Assembly (NCBI RefSeq): GCF_006345805.1
Contig: NC_043005.1
Span: 85,870,001 to 85,934,000 of the forward strand
Source: Octopus sinensis
Lineage: Eukaryota
Reading direction: 5' to 3'
DNA length: 64,000 bases
Shown: piece by piece, positions 27,506 to 41,935 of the stretch
Numbering within the stretch: the first letter of the stretch is position 1
How the letters are laid out: each line of letters opens with the position of its first letter
Made by a program: the position numbers and the translations under genes
The notes under the pieces: model-generated
Database searches by the model: none
The model's input: only the letters and a program-made list of their open reading frames with translations
Told to the model about the DNA's origin: nothing

Positions 27506-28675
27506 CATATATATTATTTATTTTTCCTATTTTCTGTCTCTGTTTATTTCTGTGTTCCGTTCTGTGGAAGAACGTACGCTCGAAACGTAAAAGACTTTCT
27601 CACTTCCCGAACGCTAAACTAATATATCTGTTTGTTGTTTACACAACCATCTTCGTCTTTTGTTTTTTGTAAATTCTCATTACATATATATATACACACA
27701 CACATATACACTCACATATATATATGTATAAACAGACACATATACACACACACACACACACGCATACACACACATTTAGGTATGTATATAAAAGCATTCT
27801 CTAGACAACACGTGTATGTAGTGGCTCATATAAAGAGAAGAAAATTTCTTATTGCATGCCGTAGTTTCCAAAGAAATTATCAAGCTAAAATCATCCGAAG
27901 AGCTACTCCGAATTACCGCTTACACCACATAATCTGAATGATAAGATGAGGAACAAAAACAACAAATTGAAGACGCCGATGGTGCCAAATAATCATCGCA
28001 ATGACTGAATCAATAAAAGCGTGGCTAACACGCCAAATGAACAAAGAGTTGACAATAAATTGGGCAAGAGAGATAATTCAGAGATAATTAATTTATATCA
28101 AATTGAAAATTAATGACAATAAAATTGAAAGGAAATCGTATAAAAAAAAGTGAATTTTAGCTTAGTAGGGGGTTAATTAAAATTTGTGTAGAAAATTATA
28201 ATTGAAATTGTAAATTTCCGATTGAAAAGAAATAATGAAAATTAAAATCAACGTAAAGGAGTGGTAATAATGGTTTTGTGAGAATATAATGGAAATAATT
28301 GCTAGAAATATTTAAAGGATGGTAACTACGATTTTCAGATGTTACGTGAGAAGTTGCACAGAGTCTATCAGCGTGAATCAAAGTTAGGCTGAACTGGCAT
28401 GCTTGTATTTTGTGCAGAATGGAAGACGGATTAAAGTGGGAAGTTGGTATTAAATGTTCGAGATTTAAGGCGCATGGCCCGTTTAGGGCATTCGGAGATT
28501 GATTCCCGGCCATGCATTGGTTCTTGATTAAGGCACTTTATATTACGTATCTCCATTCTATTCATTCGGCAAAAAAAAAAAAAAAGAATTGTACCTGTAT
28601 TTGAAAGGGCCAGCCCCGTCACATATATCCTGCTGAATCACACTGAGAACTATGCTTAGTGTCTGTGTGTGAAAG

Positions 28676-28735
<60 letters not shown>

Positions 28736-29415
28736 TTATGGGTGTTTACTTCACAGGCAAGTTAAACGATTACGTACGCTGGGTAAGTTCTGTAACGGAT
28801 TACTGGGACTCCAAAGTTATAACCGAGATGGTAGTTATGAAGCCATTGCAGATTTCCTATGCGGCGGACATATAATTGCTAAACATGACGTAAGACATTA
28901 AAGCAAGGCAAACATCTCAAGTTATATACAATATCATTGATGGAAGAAATTCAAAATGTTACAACTGTTCCTGGGATATTCCCGAGTGAGGGAAAATGAG
29001 AATGGAACATATCAATAAGATGGCAATATAGAGGAAGAGAGTAAAAGAATAAGGAGATGGAAAGAAAGAAGAAAAAAGAAGCCTAAAAGTTCTTAGTTCA
29101 ACTTTCCAAAGTTATAGAAACCAGAGCATGAGTCCTCAGGTGCAATCCTGCGTAGATCCATGTTGCTTAAAGTCATGATATAGTAGACATCCCAAGAAAC
29201 GTTCAATAACAGAATCGTTTATAGCCTTAATGTTTGCTGTCCTGTTTAACAATTATATATATACGCACGCACACACACGCACACAAACACACACACACAC
29301 ACGCATATATATATATAGATATAAAGTATAAATAACAGACATTTCTATTGATAATCCAAATATTACAATATTACATTAAATACTATGAATATAATATCCA
29401 CACACACACACACAC

Positions 29416-29505
<90 letters not shown>

Positions 29506-31629
29506 CATATATATATGTATATATATACATATATATATACATTCTGAATCCAACCATACTTTATGAAGTATGTAGACTACTTAGAACCTTTAACAATTTA
29601 ACCGGAAACGGATTGGATATAATTCTACAAAACAGAAATTCGTAACTGTTTACAATAAGAAATCGTTTTCGAAAGACATTAATGATTTCGTCAATCAACT
29701 TTATACTGAAATAGAAACGATTGTTTTTGTAGAAGTCAGGGTGTTCAAAGGGTTACTGTTGCCTTTAAACTTACATTTAATCTTCCATTTCAGGAAGTTT
29801 CCGTTTGGAGAGGTCATCAAACGATAATCACCAAGTCAGTCCTTACGAATAACAAAAGCACATATTATCACCCTTTACAATGGATTTTAACCGTAAATTC
29901 TCTCGGGATTTTCAAAAATGGTTTGGGCCACATACCAACGCGAAAACAGGTCATTATTTTGTGTGAATTTAAGGCAATGATCCTGCAGAATCGTTAACAA
30001 TCTAGAAAAAAAAATTAACGGTATTTCGTGCGTTTTACGTTCTGAGTTTAAATTCCACTGAAGTCGAATCTGCCTTTAATCTTTTCGGGGTTGATAAAAT
30101 AAATATCAATTGACCACACATACACACATAGAGCGAAATTGTTTGCTTTGTGCCAATATTTGAAATCAATAGTTTGGGTTCAATACTTCAGTGGGATTCG
30201 ATGACGAGATGTAACATTTAACCAGACGTTAAAGTCAATGAAAATGGACAGTGGCTTCTGAAGTTTATCCATTGACCACTAACTCAGTGTCAAAAATATA
30301 CATTCTACACGGTTAGAATTTAAAACGTTTCGTGATGTCACCTGGAGATATATTACACTTGGAACTGATTTTTCAGGCCCAATATTTAACAAGTAGCAAT
30401 ACGTCTATTCTTTATAGATATCCGAAGGAATAAACTGAAAATATATCACAACAAAAATGCAAGACTGTGGTTGTAACAAACAGACGATAAAGCAAAGTGA
30501 TCAATAAATAATCATTATGTTGATATGATTGTTTTCTTCTGCTTTCGTGTCACTCTACATATGACGTCCCCCAAATCATTTGACGCATGAAAACTTTCAA
30601 TTCATGAAGCTGTCACCAACTACGCTATCACTACACGAAGCAGAATACTTGTGAAACCAGTATTAGCTTCTTTCATTGATTTTAGCGCAAAGAAAAAAAA
30701 AATATTATATAAATGAAATATAAATAAATCATAAATTCAAATTTTAACATAAATCAATAACTATCAAAACGGATACATAATCTAATCTTACTCGTCGTAT
30801 ATGCTACCATTTTTGTGGTAGCATAATATACCCCGTGCACACATTTCTGTATCAATATGCGTACCTATCACCACCAGCTTCAAGGCAAGAAACTCAATGT
30901 AAACATTTTCAAACAAGCTTCATATCAGACATGATCGCCCCATTTCTTCCTTTTTGGCATACATTTTCCTCGTCTTTTTTTTATCCAAGCTACACCAATA
31001 TTCCGACAAGTATTGAAATGCCTAAAGTAATTCGTTTAATACCTCGAGGTTGAAACTAATATTTTCGATAATGAAATTATGCCCTCTTATTACTTCTTTG
31101 CTTCTAATAATAAAAAAAAAAAATTGTGTCCTTTCTCCCGCTATCTTAACCCCAACGTCTGTGGTATGATTTCAATGAACCCCTGCAGTTTCCTAAGAGC
31201 TTAGATTTCGATACACCTTGAGTTACAGCATCAATCACTTAGGATTATACAGTTCATTGACTGTTACAGATTATGCCTGGTCATTATAACTGACTGACCG
31301 TTCATATGTTGGTATATTTTATACATTTTTACAGGAACAAGACTCTAGCAGGAAACATATTTACCTGAAGTATAGATATATATATATATTATTTACGGCT
31401 TCTTTTTTAAATATACGAACTACCTACAACCTATAAGTAAGTGACACATAGATCCTATTAACCACACAGGATATCCCTAATTAGGGATATCTCCCTCAGA
31501 TTACACCGGCGGTCAACTAACAGAACAGGCAAACACGTGGAAGTCATGCTAATAACTAACTACGTGACTTAGATTCAACCAACCTCTATTCTTCATCTAC
31601 CTCATAATTGATTTAATGAACTTTGAACC

Positions 31630-32707
31630 TAACCAAAATGTAAGCCTTTCGAATCATTGAACATTTTCTCTTCCCGAGCCTAGTCTTAGCCAGCGAAAAA
31701 TTGCCGAAAATCTTCAGATTCCTCTTGCTACTGTTAATAGAATTATAGTGCAATTCAAAAGCCAAGGAAAAGAATCAACAGATTCTCGTCCTCAGAAAAG
31801 AAGCTCTGCTGTTTGAAGAGTGTTGTGGAAAACAAACTCTGTTCGAAGGCTTCTGACATTACAAAACAACTAGAAGTTAGTCCAAGAACATGTGTTACAT
31901 ATCTGAATAAGCTTGGGTATTATGGACGAGTGACTTGAAGAAAACCTCTCTTTCAACTAATAAATATCATGAAAAGAAAGAAACGGGCTAAGGATATGTC
32001 AGAAAAATCCAGTTCATTTTGGGATAGATTGATTTTCTCAGATGAATCCGGATTTGCATTATTTTCAGACAGTGGACGTGTATGGATCTGGAGGCTTCCC
32101 AATCAAGAATTTCATTTGAAACGCCTCCAACCAACTGTGGAACATAACGGTATATCTGTAATTGTATGGAGAGCTGTCACCAGCAATGGCCGTTCCGAGC
32201 TGATCGAATGTTTTGGAACCATAAACTCTGAAAAATACACCGAAATATTTAAGCAAGGACTACCTCCGATGTATTCATTCGGTAACATAACGGAAAATGA
32301 GTTTTTATTCATGGAAGATGGGGCTCCATGCCACACAGTGAAAAGGAATCAACAATGGCTGACTGAAAATGGGGTCAAAAAGCTTCCTTAGCCGAGCCAA
32401 TCTCCTGACATGAACCCAATTGAAAATCTTTGGTGCATAATCGATAGAGCTATACGAAAATCTCAACAGAAACCTAAATCTAAAGATGAATTGTTTCGAT
32501 TGTTGTATGAAAAGTGAACAGAAATTCCACAAGAGACAATCACAAAGCTCATCAGTTCAATGCCAGAAAGAGTTTCTGATTTGCAATGGGAATGTCAGCT
32601 AAATACTAAAGTATGTAATCCTAACTATCGATTACATTTCACTTGTTTGCTTTGCGTATTAAATAAAAGATTTTGAAAATTAAAGGTGTCTATCTACTTC
32701 CTGCACG

Positions 32708-32712
<5 letters not shown>
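31630..32712 (+). pseudogene. Tc1-family DD34E transposase pseudogene
   Basis: HTH ([20 protein letters not shown]), FSDES, MEDGAPCH and SPDMNPIENLW with 34 codons between D and E; stops present; only a right TIR-like end seen. Confidence 0.93.
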
Positions 32713-32749
<37 letters not shown>

Positions 32750-34789
32750 TGTGTGTGTGTGTATGTGTGTGTGTATGTGTTTATGCGTGCGTGTGTGTGT
32801 ATACACATATACGCATATATATATACAACAAAAATTTGATATCATGGACATATAGTTCCCCAATGTTTCGCATCCACAAAGCTAAAGCCTGTATAAAGAA
32901 AAAAAAATAATTTCTACGTCACGGACGTGAAAAAAGCTTAGAAATCGTTTATATTTTTATCTTTATGTAGAGTCTGACGAGCTGTTCGCATGGCTTTGGT
33001 TTTGTGGATGCGAAACCTTGGAGACGTCTATGCCCGAGATATAAAATGTTTGTTGTTGCTCTATTCTTTACTGTGCTATTTTACTCATATATGTTCTTTA
33101 TTATCTGCATATATATAGATCGTTAGCTCCTACACGCATTTTTTCTCTTCTTGTTTCGCTCCTTGTTTTTTTGTATGTATCTTTCAGTTGAAGAGCGTAG
33201 GCTCGAAACGTAAAAGACTTTTTCTATACGTGAGCGCTATACTAATACATTTGTTTGTTTATACTCCACCTGCCTTCGTCTTTTGTTTATTTTCGTAAAC
33301 TTTCCCTTTATATATATATATATATATTAATATTTTAGACGTATACACTAAAATATATCAGTAGCAAGCAACACTTATCTGGCAGTGGTGATGGCATTGC
33401 TGAAGGCGTACTTCTGAATCTTTGGGCTTCGTCAGTAGCAAGTATCCAATATTAAAGCGTCCTCAGAGAAAAAAGGCCGCAGCCAATACACTGCGAGTTG
33501 AATAAAAATTCGTTATAGGCGCAGGGGCGGCTGTGTGGTATGAAACTTGCTTCTCAAACATAGGGTTCCGGGTTCAGTCCCACTGTGTGGTAACTTGGGC
33601 ATATGTCTTCTACTGTAACCTCGAGCCGACTAAAGTCTTGTGAGTGGATTTGGTAGACAGAAACTGAAAGAAGCCCGTTGTATATATATATAATATATAT
33701 ATTATAATATATATATATAAATATATATATATAAAGTATACAAAAAATGCAAAACATCCAGACAAATGTTACCAAAAATGGACAATAAAAACAAGCACGA
33801 GTTATTTGGGGTTCTCTTTCCTTAGTCGAGTTCCAGATTGTCTTTGCAACTTCGGCTGGTTATACTTGAGATTTCTCCAATGAGGCCAGCGCCAACGAAA
33901 AACAAAGCTAAGAGCACGGGATTCCTTGGAAGAAAGCAAAGCAGCAAATGTATACGAAAACAAGGACAGAAAAAAAGAGAAATGGTACAGAAATACAAAT
34001 GCAACACCACTTATTCTTTGTAAGCCTGGTACTTATTTTATCGGTCTTTGCCGAAACGTTAAGTTACGGGGACGTAACAGGTGTAAAGTTACGATTATGA
34101 TATGCAAACTGATGTAAGGACTTAAATATATTTTATACACTTCTGCTCGTTAGTCCATCTCACTATATAGATTCTCGTTGGGACCCTCTTTTGAAACCAA
34201 CTCATCCCCTTCTGGAAAACTATTCCCTGTAACGATATATACCTATGCATCTTCCTCACTCAATGTGTGTGAGTGTGTGTTTGTGCGTGTATGCTGGTAT
34301 AGATAGAGAAATAGATAGACACATATGTACTTGCATATACATACATATATATATATATATACATACATACATACATACATATATATATATATTGCTTTTA
34401 TTCTTTTATTCATTTATTGGTTTCAGCCATTTGACTGCGGCGATTAGAAAGCAGTGCCTTGAGTCGAACAAATCGACCCCAGGACTTATTGTTTGCTAGC
34501 CTGGTACTTATTCTATCGGTATGTTTTGCAGAAGCGCTAAGTTATGGGGATGTAATCGCACCAACATCGGTTGCCAAGCGATGGTTGAGGGACAAACACA
34601 GACACAGACAGACACACACACACATACACACACACACGCACACACACACACACATACACACACACACGCACACACACACATATATATATATACATATGTA
34701 TATATATACTACTAACATAATTTTCAGAAAAAAATTTCATCAATAAGTGGCAGGATATTAAAATACCATAAAAGATTAAAATTATATAT

Positions 34790-35017
34790 TTCTTTACTAC
34801 CACAAGGGGCCAAACACAGAGAGAGCAAACAATGACAGACAAACGGATCAAGTCGATTATATCGACCCCAGTGCGTAACTGGTACTTAATTTATCGACCC
34901 CGAAAGGATGAAAGGCAAAGTCGACCTCGGTGGAATTTGAACTCAGAACGTAACGGCAGGCGAAATAGGGCTACGCATTTCGCCCGGCGTGCTAACGTTT
35001 CTGCCAGCTCGCCGCCC
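34790..35017 (-). mobile_element. Full-length S1 SINE
   Basis: Close match to copies at 6683 and 7942. Confidence 0.9.
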
Positions 35018-35195
35018 TCAAAGGTTAAAATTATAAACAACTTATAAACAAGGGCAAAAGAAAATTTATTTCCATGCCAATATGCTGAGAACAGACTTTA
35101 AATCGTCAATTTCCACATATTATATACTCACTACAGAAATACGTTGTACTATAATTGGGGAAGCTAGCCAACAGAAATTTTTTGAAAGTTCTTTA

Positions 35196-35255
35196 TTTCT
35201 ATATTGAATCAATTGCGGGATTAATCATATGGATTCTTCCCTCTTCAGTAGAAAA
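35196..35255 (-). ncRNA. Type I hammerhead ribozyme copy with GAAA changed to GCAA
   Basis: TTTTCTA-CTGAAGA-GGGA..TCCC-GCAA-TTG-ATT-CAA-TA-TAGAAA. Confidence 0.65.
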
Positions 35256-35394
35256 TAGGATTAGAAATAATGAAATACTTACGCGCACCCATGGAAACAT
35301 TTAGATATAACTGGGGTACTTATGTGTACACATGACTTTTGCTTCTGCTTTTTTCTATGGGTGCGTGTAAGTATTTCATTTATTTCTTATCATA

Positions 35395-35454
35395 TTTTCT
35401 ACTGACGAGGGAAGAATCCATAGGATTAATTCCGAAATGGACTCAATATAGAAA
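35395..35454 (+). ncRNA. Type I hammerhead ribozyme with intact catalytic core
   Basis: Stem I TTTCTA/TAGAAA, CTGACGA (35402-35408), stem II GGGA/TTCC plus AATCC/GGATT, GAAA (35434-35437), stem III with one mismatch, AUA site at 35446-35448. Confidence 0.8.
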
Positions 35455-35469
35455 TAACGAACTTTAAAA

Positions 35470-35610
35470 AAAAAAATTCTGTTGGCTGGCTTCCCCGATT
35501 TCAGCACGACGTGTATTTATAGTGAGTGTATAATGATATGTGAAAATTGTCTGTTAGCATATTCGCATGGAAATAATTTTTCTTTTGCCCTTGTTTAAAA
35601 GTTGTTTATG

Positions 35611-35662
<52 letters not shown>

Positions 35663-35806
35663 ACATAAACAACTTTTAAACAAGGGCAAAAGAAAAATTA
35701 TTTCCATGCGAATATGCTAACAGACAATTTTCACATATCATTATACACTCACTATAAATACACGTCGTGCTGAAATCGGGGAAGCCAGCCAACAGAATTT
35801 TTTTTT
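35470..35806. repeat. Perfect palindrome (about 140-bp arms) centred on (AT)n
   Basis: No arm differences seen by eye; possible fold-back artefact. Confidence 0.9.
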
Positions 35807-35809
35807 ATA

Positions 35810-35945
35810 TATATATATGTATATATATATACATATACATATATATATATATACATACGTATATATATATACAGGGGGAGAGATAGGGAGGTCAAAGAGA
35901 TATAAAAATATATGCATGTATATATATGTGTGTGTGTATATATAA

Positions 35946-35976
<31 letters not shown>

Positions 35977-36129
35977 ATATGCGCAGAGTGGCTGTGTGGT
36001 AAGTATTTTGCTTACCAACCACGTGTTTCCGGGTTCAGTCCCATCGTGTGGCACCTTGTACGAGTGTCTTCAACTGTAGTTGAAATCCTTGTGAGTGGAT
36101 TTGGTAGACGGAAACTGAAAAGGACCGTC

Positions 36130-36173
<44 letters not shown>

Positions 36174-36326
36174 GACGGTCCTTTTCAGTTTCCGTCTAAC
36201 AAATCCACTCACAAGGATTTCAACTACAGTTGAAGACACTCGTACAAGGTGCCACACGATGGGACTGAACCCGGAAACACGTGGTTGGTAAGCAAAATAC
36301 TCACCACACAGCCACTCTGCGCATAT

Positions 36327-36357
<31 letters not shown>

Positions 36358-36490
36358 TTATATATACACACACACATATATATACATGCATATATTTTTA
36401 TATCTCTTTGACCTCCCTATCTCTCCCCCTGTATATATATATATACGTATGTATATATATATATGTATATGTATATATATATACATATAT
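35810..36490. repeat. Near-perfect palindrome (about 320-bp arms, each with an S2 SINE head) centred on (AT)n
   Basis: About 3 differences between arms outside microsatellite length; possible artefact. Confidence 0.9.
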
Positions 36491-36526
36491 ATATATACAC
36501 ACACACACACACATATACATATAGAG

Positions 36527-36596
<70 letters not shown>

Positions 36597-36714
36597 CTAG
36601 ATAGATAGATACGTAGATAGATACATAGATATAAGCATATCAATGTACGAGAGTATCTGCTTCAGTACATATCTAATACTGTTATAGCATGCATTCCTAT
36701 ATATGGATTTGGAT

Positions 36715-36775
<61 letters not shown>

Positions 36776-37494
36776 ATATATATACATATATATGTACTTA
36801 GGCGTATATGCACATGAAGGTGTGTGCTGTCAATACCAACCCACTTACATTAACTAGCATATTCAAACATCATGCATCGCACAGCTGTTCTATAGTGATA
36901 GCTTGTCGTTTTCTTTACATCAAACACTAACTAACAGTCACTGCTCTTTCCAAAATATTCCTGTCTATTGTTTCTTTTGCACCACAGGAGTTCAACCTTT
37001 ACAGCATTAACCATTCGTAGCCAACATTAAAGTTATATTTTTCATGTATCGTCATTTACTAAAATGTAACTGAATTTGTGCAGAAGCAAAAGAAGAATAA
37101 ATTTTGAATACCACGAACGAATTCTAAGAAAACAGTAGATTTGATCAGAAAACTTTTCTGAAATATTCATATGCGCTTGATTCCCGCAGTCTGACATTCA
37201 GTAATAATTATATCTCTTTGTAATATCTATACTTACAACTATACATGGAAATATGGAAGAAAGAACAGGGATGTATACATATGTGTATCTATTGTTAAGG
37301 GTGTGTGTGAATGGATGTGACTATATGCATATTTAAAAATATATGAAAATATAAATTTAGACGTGTATGTCTATGTGTGTGTCTGTGTATACATATATCT
37401 GTATTCATATATTTACATGCAGATATATATATGTATGTACACATATATAAATGTGCCTATACACACACGGCTATATATATATATATATATTTAT

Positions 37495-37544
<50 letters not shown>

Positions 37545-37620
37545 CAATGTGCACACACATATACGCAAATATATGTGCGGATATACATGAGTTAAAAATA
37601 CGCTGATGTAAAGAACTACG

Positions 37621-37647
<27 letters not shown>

Positions 37648-37652
<5 letters not shown>

Positions 37653-38168
37653 ACAATTTAGGAGTCACCCTTAACAGGCCATTCGTCCACCAGAAAGAGC
37701 AGCCATAACTCACACCGCCAAGTAGTAGTAATTCAGAAATTAGGTGAAAATTTAAAAACATTGACCCTAATTCATCTTTTAGACGATGCATCGTTTCTGT
37801 GTTATTAATGATTAAATTAGCTTAATTAAATTAAATTAAGCTAATCTACCATAGGTCACACTTCATCAGTAAAAAACCTGGGAGAGACAAATATACATGA
37901 GGCGTCTGTATCGATGCCTCCGGAATATCTGTCTTAAAATTTTCAAGACCGACGTATTCGCGTATGGTAGATTAGCTTAATTTAATTTAATTAAGCTAAT
38001 TTAATCATTAATAACACAGAAACGATGCATCGTCTAAAAGATGAATTAGGGTAAATGTTTTTAAATTTTCACCTAATTTCTGAATTACTACTACTTGGCG
38101 GTGTGAGTTATGGCTGCTCTTTCTGGTGGACGAATGGCCTGTTAAGGGTCACTCCTAAATTGTTATAT
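37648..38168. mobile_element. Foldback/MITE-like element: 206-bp inverted arms and 109-bp unique spacer
   Basis: 37648-37853 is the reverse complement of 37963-38168 with 2 substitutions seen; flanks are TA-rich. Confidence 0.8.
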
Positions 38169-38269
38169 TTATATATTTAGTCTTTGACTATTTTCTCTTT
38201 TCCACTAGGCCGCTGGTAGCGATAAATTTCTATTGAATTTTTTGCTACCCTTAATTGACTAAAAAATAT

Positions 38270-39650
<1,381 letters not shown>

Positions 39651-39719
39651 TGTATAAATATATAAATATACTCAAGAAAAAGATAGAATAGATGGACAGT
39701 ATTATCTAATGTAAAGCTA

Positions 39720-40640
39720 AAAATGAATTCACCAATCCCAAGTAACGACTGCATGAGAGATTCTCCAAATTGCATGGCAACTGCCGCCAAGAAACACTCA
39801 CAAACATGCTGTGCACCCTGAAATACTATCTATGACCGGTAAGTTAATACCTCCGCTACTGCAAAAAATTCACGAACGGAAAATGATAAACAAGAAGTTT
39901 GCCCGAAACGCACAAGCTACGTATCGCAGTATGAAAGGCAATACCATCAAGGCAGTAAATTCTCCTCTCCAGGAAGACCAATAATCATTCTAGCAAGGAA
40001 TCTGAGATGGAAACAAAAAACACAATCACGATGCTGCAGTTATGAAATTGCTGAACAGAAAATTACCTGGGAAAGAAGATCTGATGGTAGTCTGCTTCTA
40101 CAATAAGTTCACGTTCTTCGGGGAAATTCTCACGACCCTGTTTTTAAAAACAATGGACACTGAGCGAGATATACTGAACTGGGTGACGGTCACACGGTCT
40201 TGATTTTTCCCAAGAACAGAGAGTCTCATATGGCCAAATACTATAGGCCGTAGCATGCTTGAATGTTATGTACAAACTGTACACAGGTTTTGTGAATATG
40301 TTTCTCTCAGATTGCTGATATAACAAATGGTTTGATAATTGATGAATAAGCATGAAGAAAGAAGGAGTGTGGGGCTGTGCTGAAAGGCTCCTCTTCGACA
40401 AAATTGTTCTTAAGAAAGCCAAGCAACATCGCCATAATCTCTTAACAATATGGCTAGACTTCAAGAAAACATGCTTTCGACTCTGTCCCTCACTAATGGA
40501 TGATAGAATCAATGCACTTCGCCAAAATAGCAGCTGCTTTGGTGAATGCCATTGAGAGACTTAACATGGCATGGTCCACACAGTTATCACTGATAACTAC
40601 TAAAGCAAAACCTGTGGTGACAAACAAAATTAAACTATCA
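39720..40640 (+). mobile_element. R4/Dong-type RT core fragment
   Basis: YYRP.ACLNVMYKLYTG, KEGVWGCAERLLFDK, LTIWLDFKK..FDSVPH*W and IFQG motifs with frameshifts. Confidence 0.85.
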
Positions 40641-40659
40641 ACGGACATATTCCAGGGTT

Positions 40660-41935
40660 AATACAGCACAAATCTCTTCTCTAGGCGAAAGGTTCCAATA
40701 ATCGAATCACCGTGGTCCTCCACCAATGTATGTCCTTAGTAAATATTCGCAACTTCCGCCATTAGCTTCTTTGATGTTATGGCTAAATCTGGTTTTAGGT
40801 TTTTCTTTTGTACTTTTGTCATATACCACACACATTAACAGGAATTAGTCAATGACTTGTCTTAGTATATGACTGCTGGATATCTATTTCCTTTTCATGG
40901 TAGTATTTAACAGTCTTTCCTGGCACTTTATCATGCGAAGTATCTACACGTTAGTATTTGTATCTGTCCAGGTTATTCTAACAATGGGTCTAAAACGCCA
41001 TTTTTCAAAGGCTTCAATATTCCTGTTCTCCATAAGTGAATTTCGTAAACATCAATGAACTGAGGTGTCGTATTTCTTTTGTGTTTTGTTCTCAAGAAGA
41101 GGGCCTCATTCTATTCCGTGTCTGCTCTTGATTTCATGAGTCCCATCGTAGTCATTGTGAATAAGAATACCAAGTTCTTTTGTGTTTATTTTTACATTTT
41201 CATTTATTGTGGAGGTGCGTGGCTTAGTGGTTAAGGTGTTGGACTCACGATCGTAGATTGTAGTTTCGATTCATAGACCAGGCGACACGTTGTTTTCTTG
41301 AGCATAACATTTCATTTCACGTTGATCCAGACCACTCAGCCGGCAAAACGTGTAACCCAGGTGGGGGACAATATACGCCATGGAAACAGGCGTATATATT
41401 CATGGCAAGGAACTTTACTTTCTTTTATTGTTTAATGCTAACCAATCTTGTAGATTGTTATACGTTTAGTTATTTTCAGTACTTTTTCATATTTTGGTTT
41501 CTTTCATTTTTTTGAGGGGGGATTTAGATGAAGTCCGACTTGTGGACTTGCATCATTTACTCTGTTAACATCATCCTGTAGTTCTTGCATGCTGCCGGTT
41601 ATACACCGAATTCGTATCTAAGAATTGTGATAATCTGGCTATTAATTTTGGTGCTTCCAGTGAAACCATGCATCGCATTTCTCATTATTGCCTCGATATA
41701 CGTAATAAAGATGTGGAGGGGATGGATTATGCCCCGGCGGACATATTGCTCAGTACCAAACCAGTCTGTTTTTCCGTGGGATGTTCGAATTGCTGCGCTT
41801 TGTTTGGCATATAAGTTTTTGATAAGGCCTACTATATGAGGAGAAAATCCCATTTTGATCATATAGCTCTATAGGGCATAATGTGAGACCTTATCGAAGG
41901 CTTTTGCGTAATCATTGAAACATAAAAAGATGTTA
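40660..41935 (-). mobile_element. RTE-clade LINE, RT C-terminal half, interrupted by an S4 SINE (+, 41208-41415)
   Basis: CFNDYAKAFDKV, LIKNLY..Q.AAIRT, YIEAIMRNA..ITILRY, ELQ..VGLHLN and IEAFEKW..RITWTD..TN motifs. Confidence 0.88.

Larger units (their letters stand above)
35020..35610. mobile_element. Inverted pair of a Penelope-type terminal repeat, each arm with a hammerhead motif
   Basis: 35020-35300 is the diverged reverse complement of 35345-35610, with a spacer of about 45 bp. Confidence 0.75.

Noticed and set aside
31470-31491. Perfect 22-bp palindrome GATATCCCTAATTAGGGATATC upstream of the Tc1 relic
   Set aside because: Isolated, does not match the right TIR-like end, and no function is supportable.
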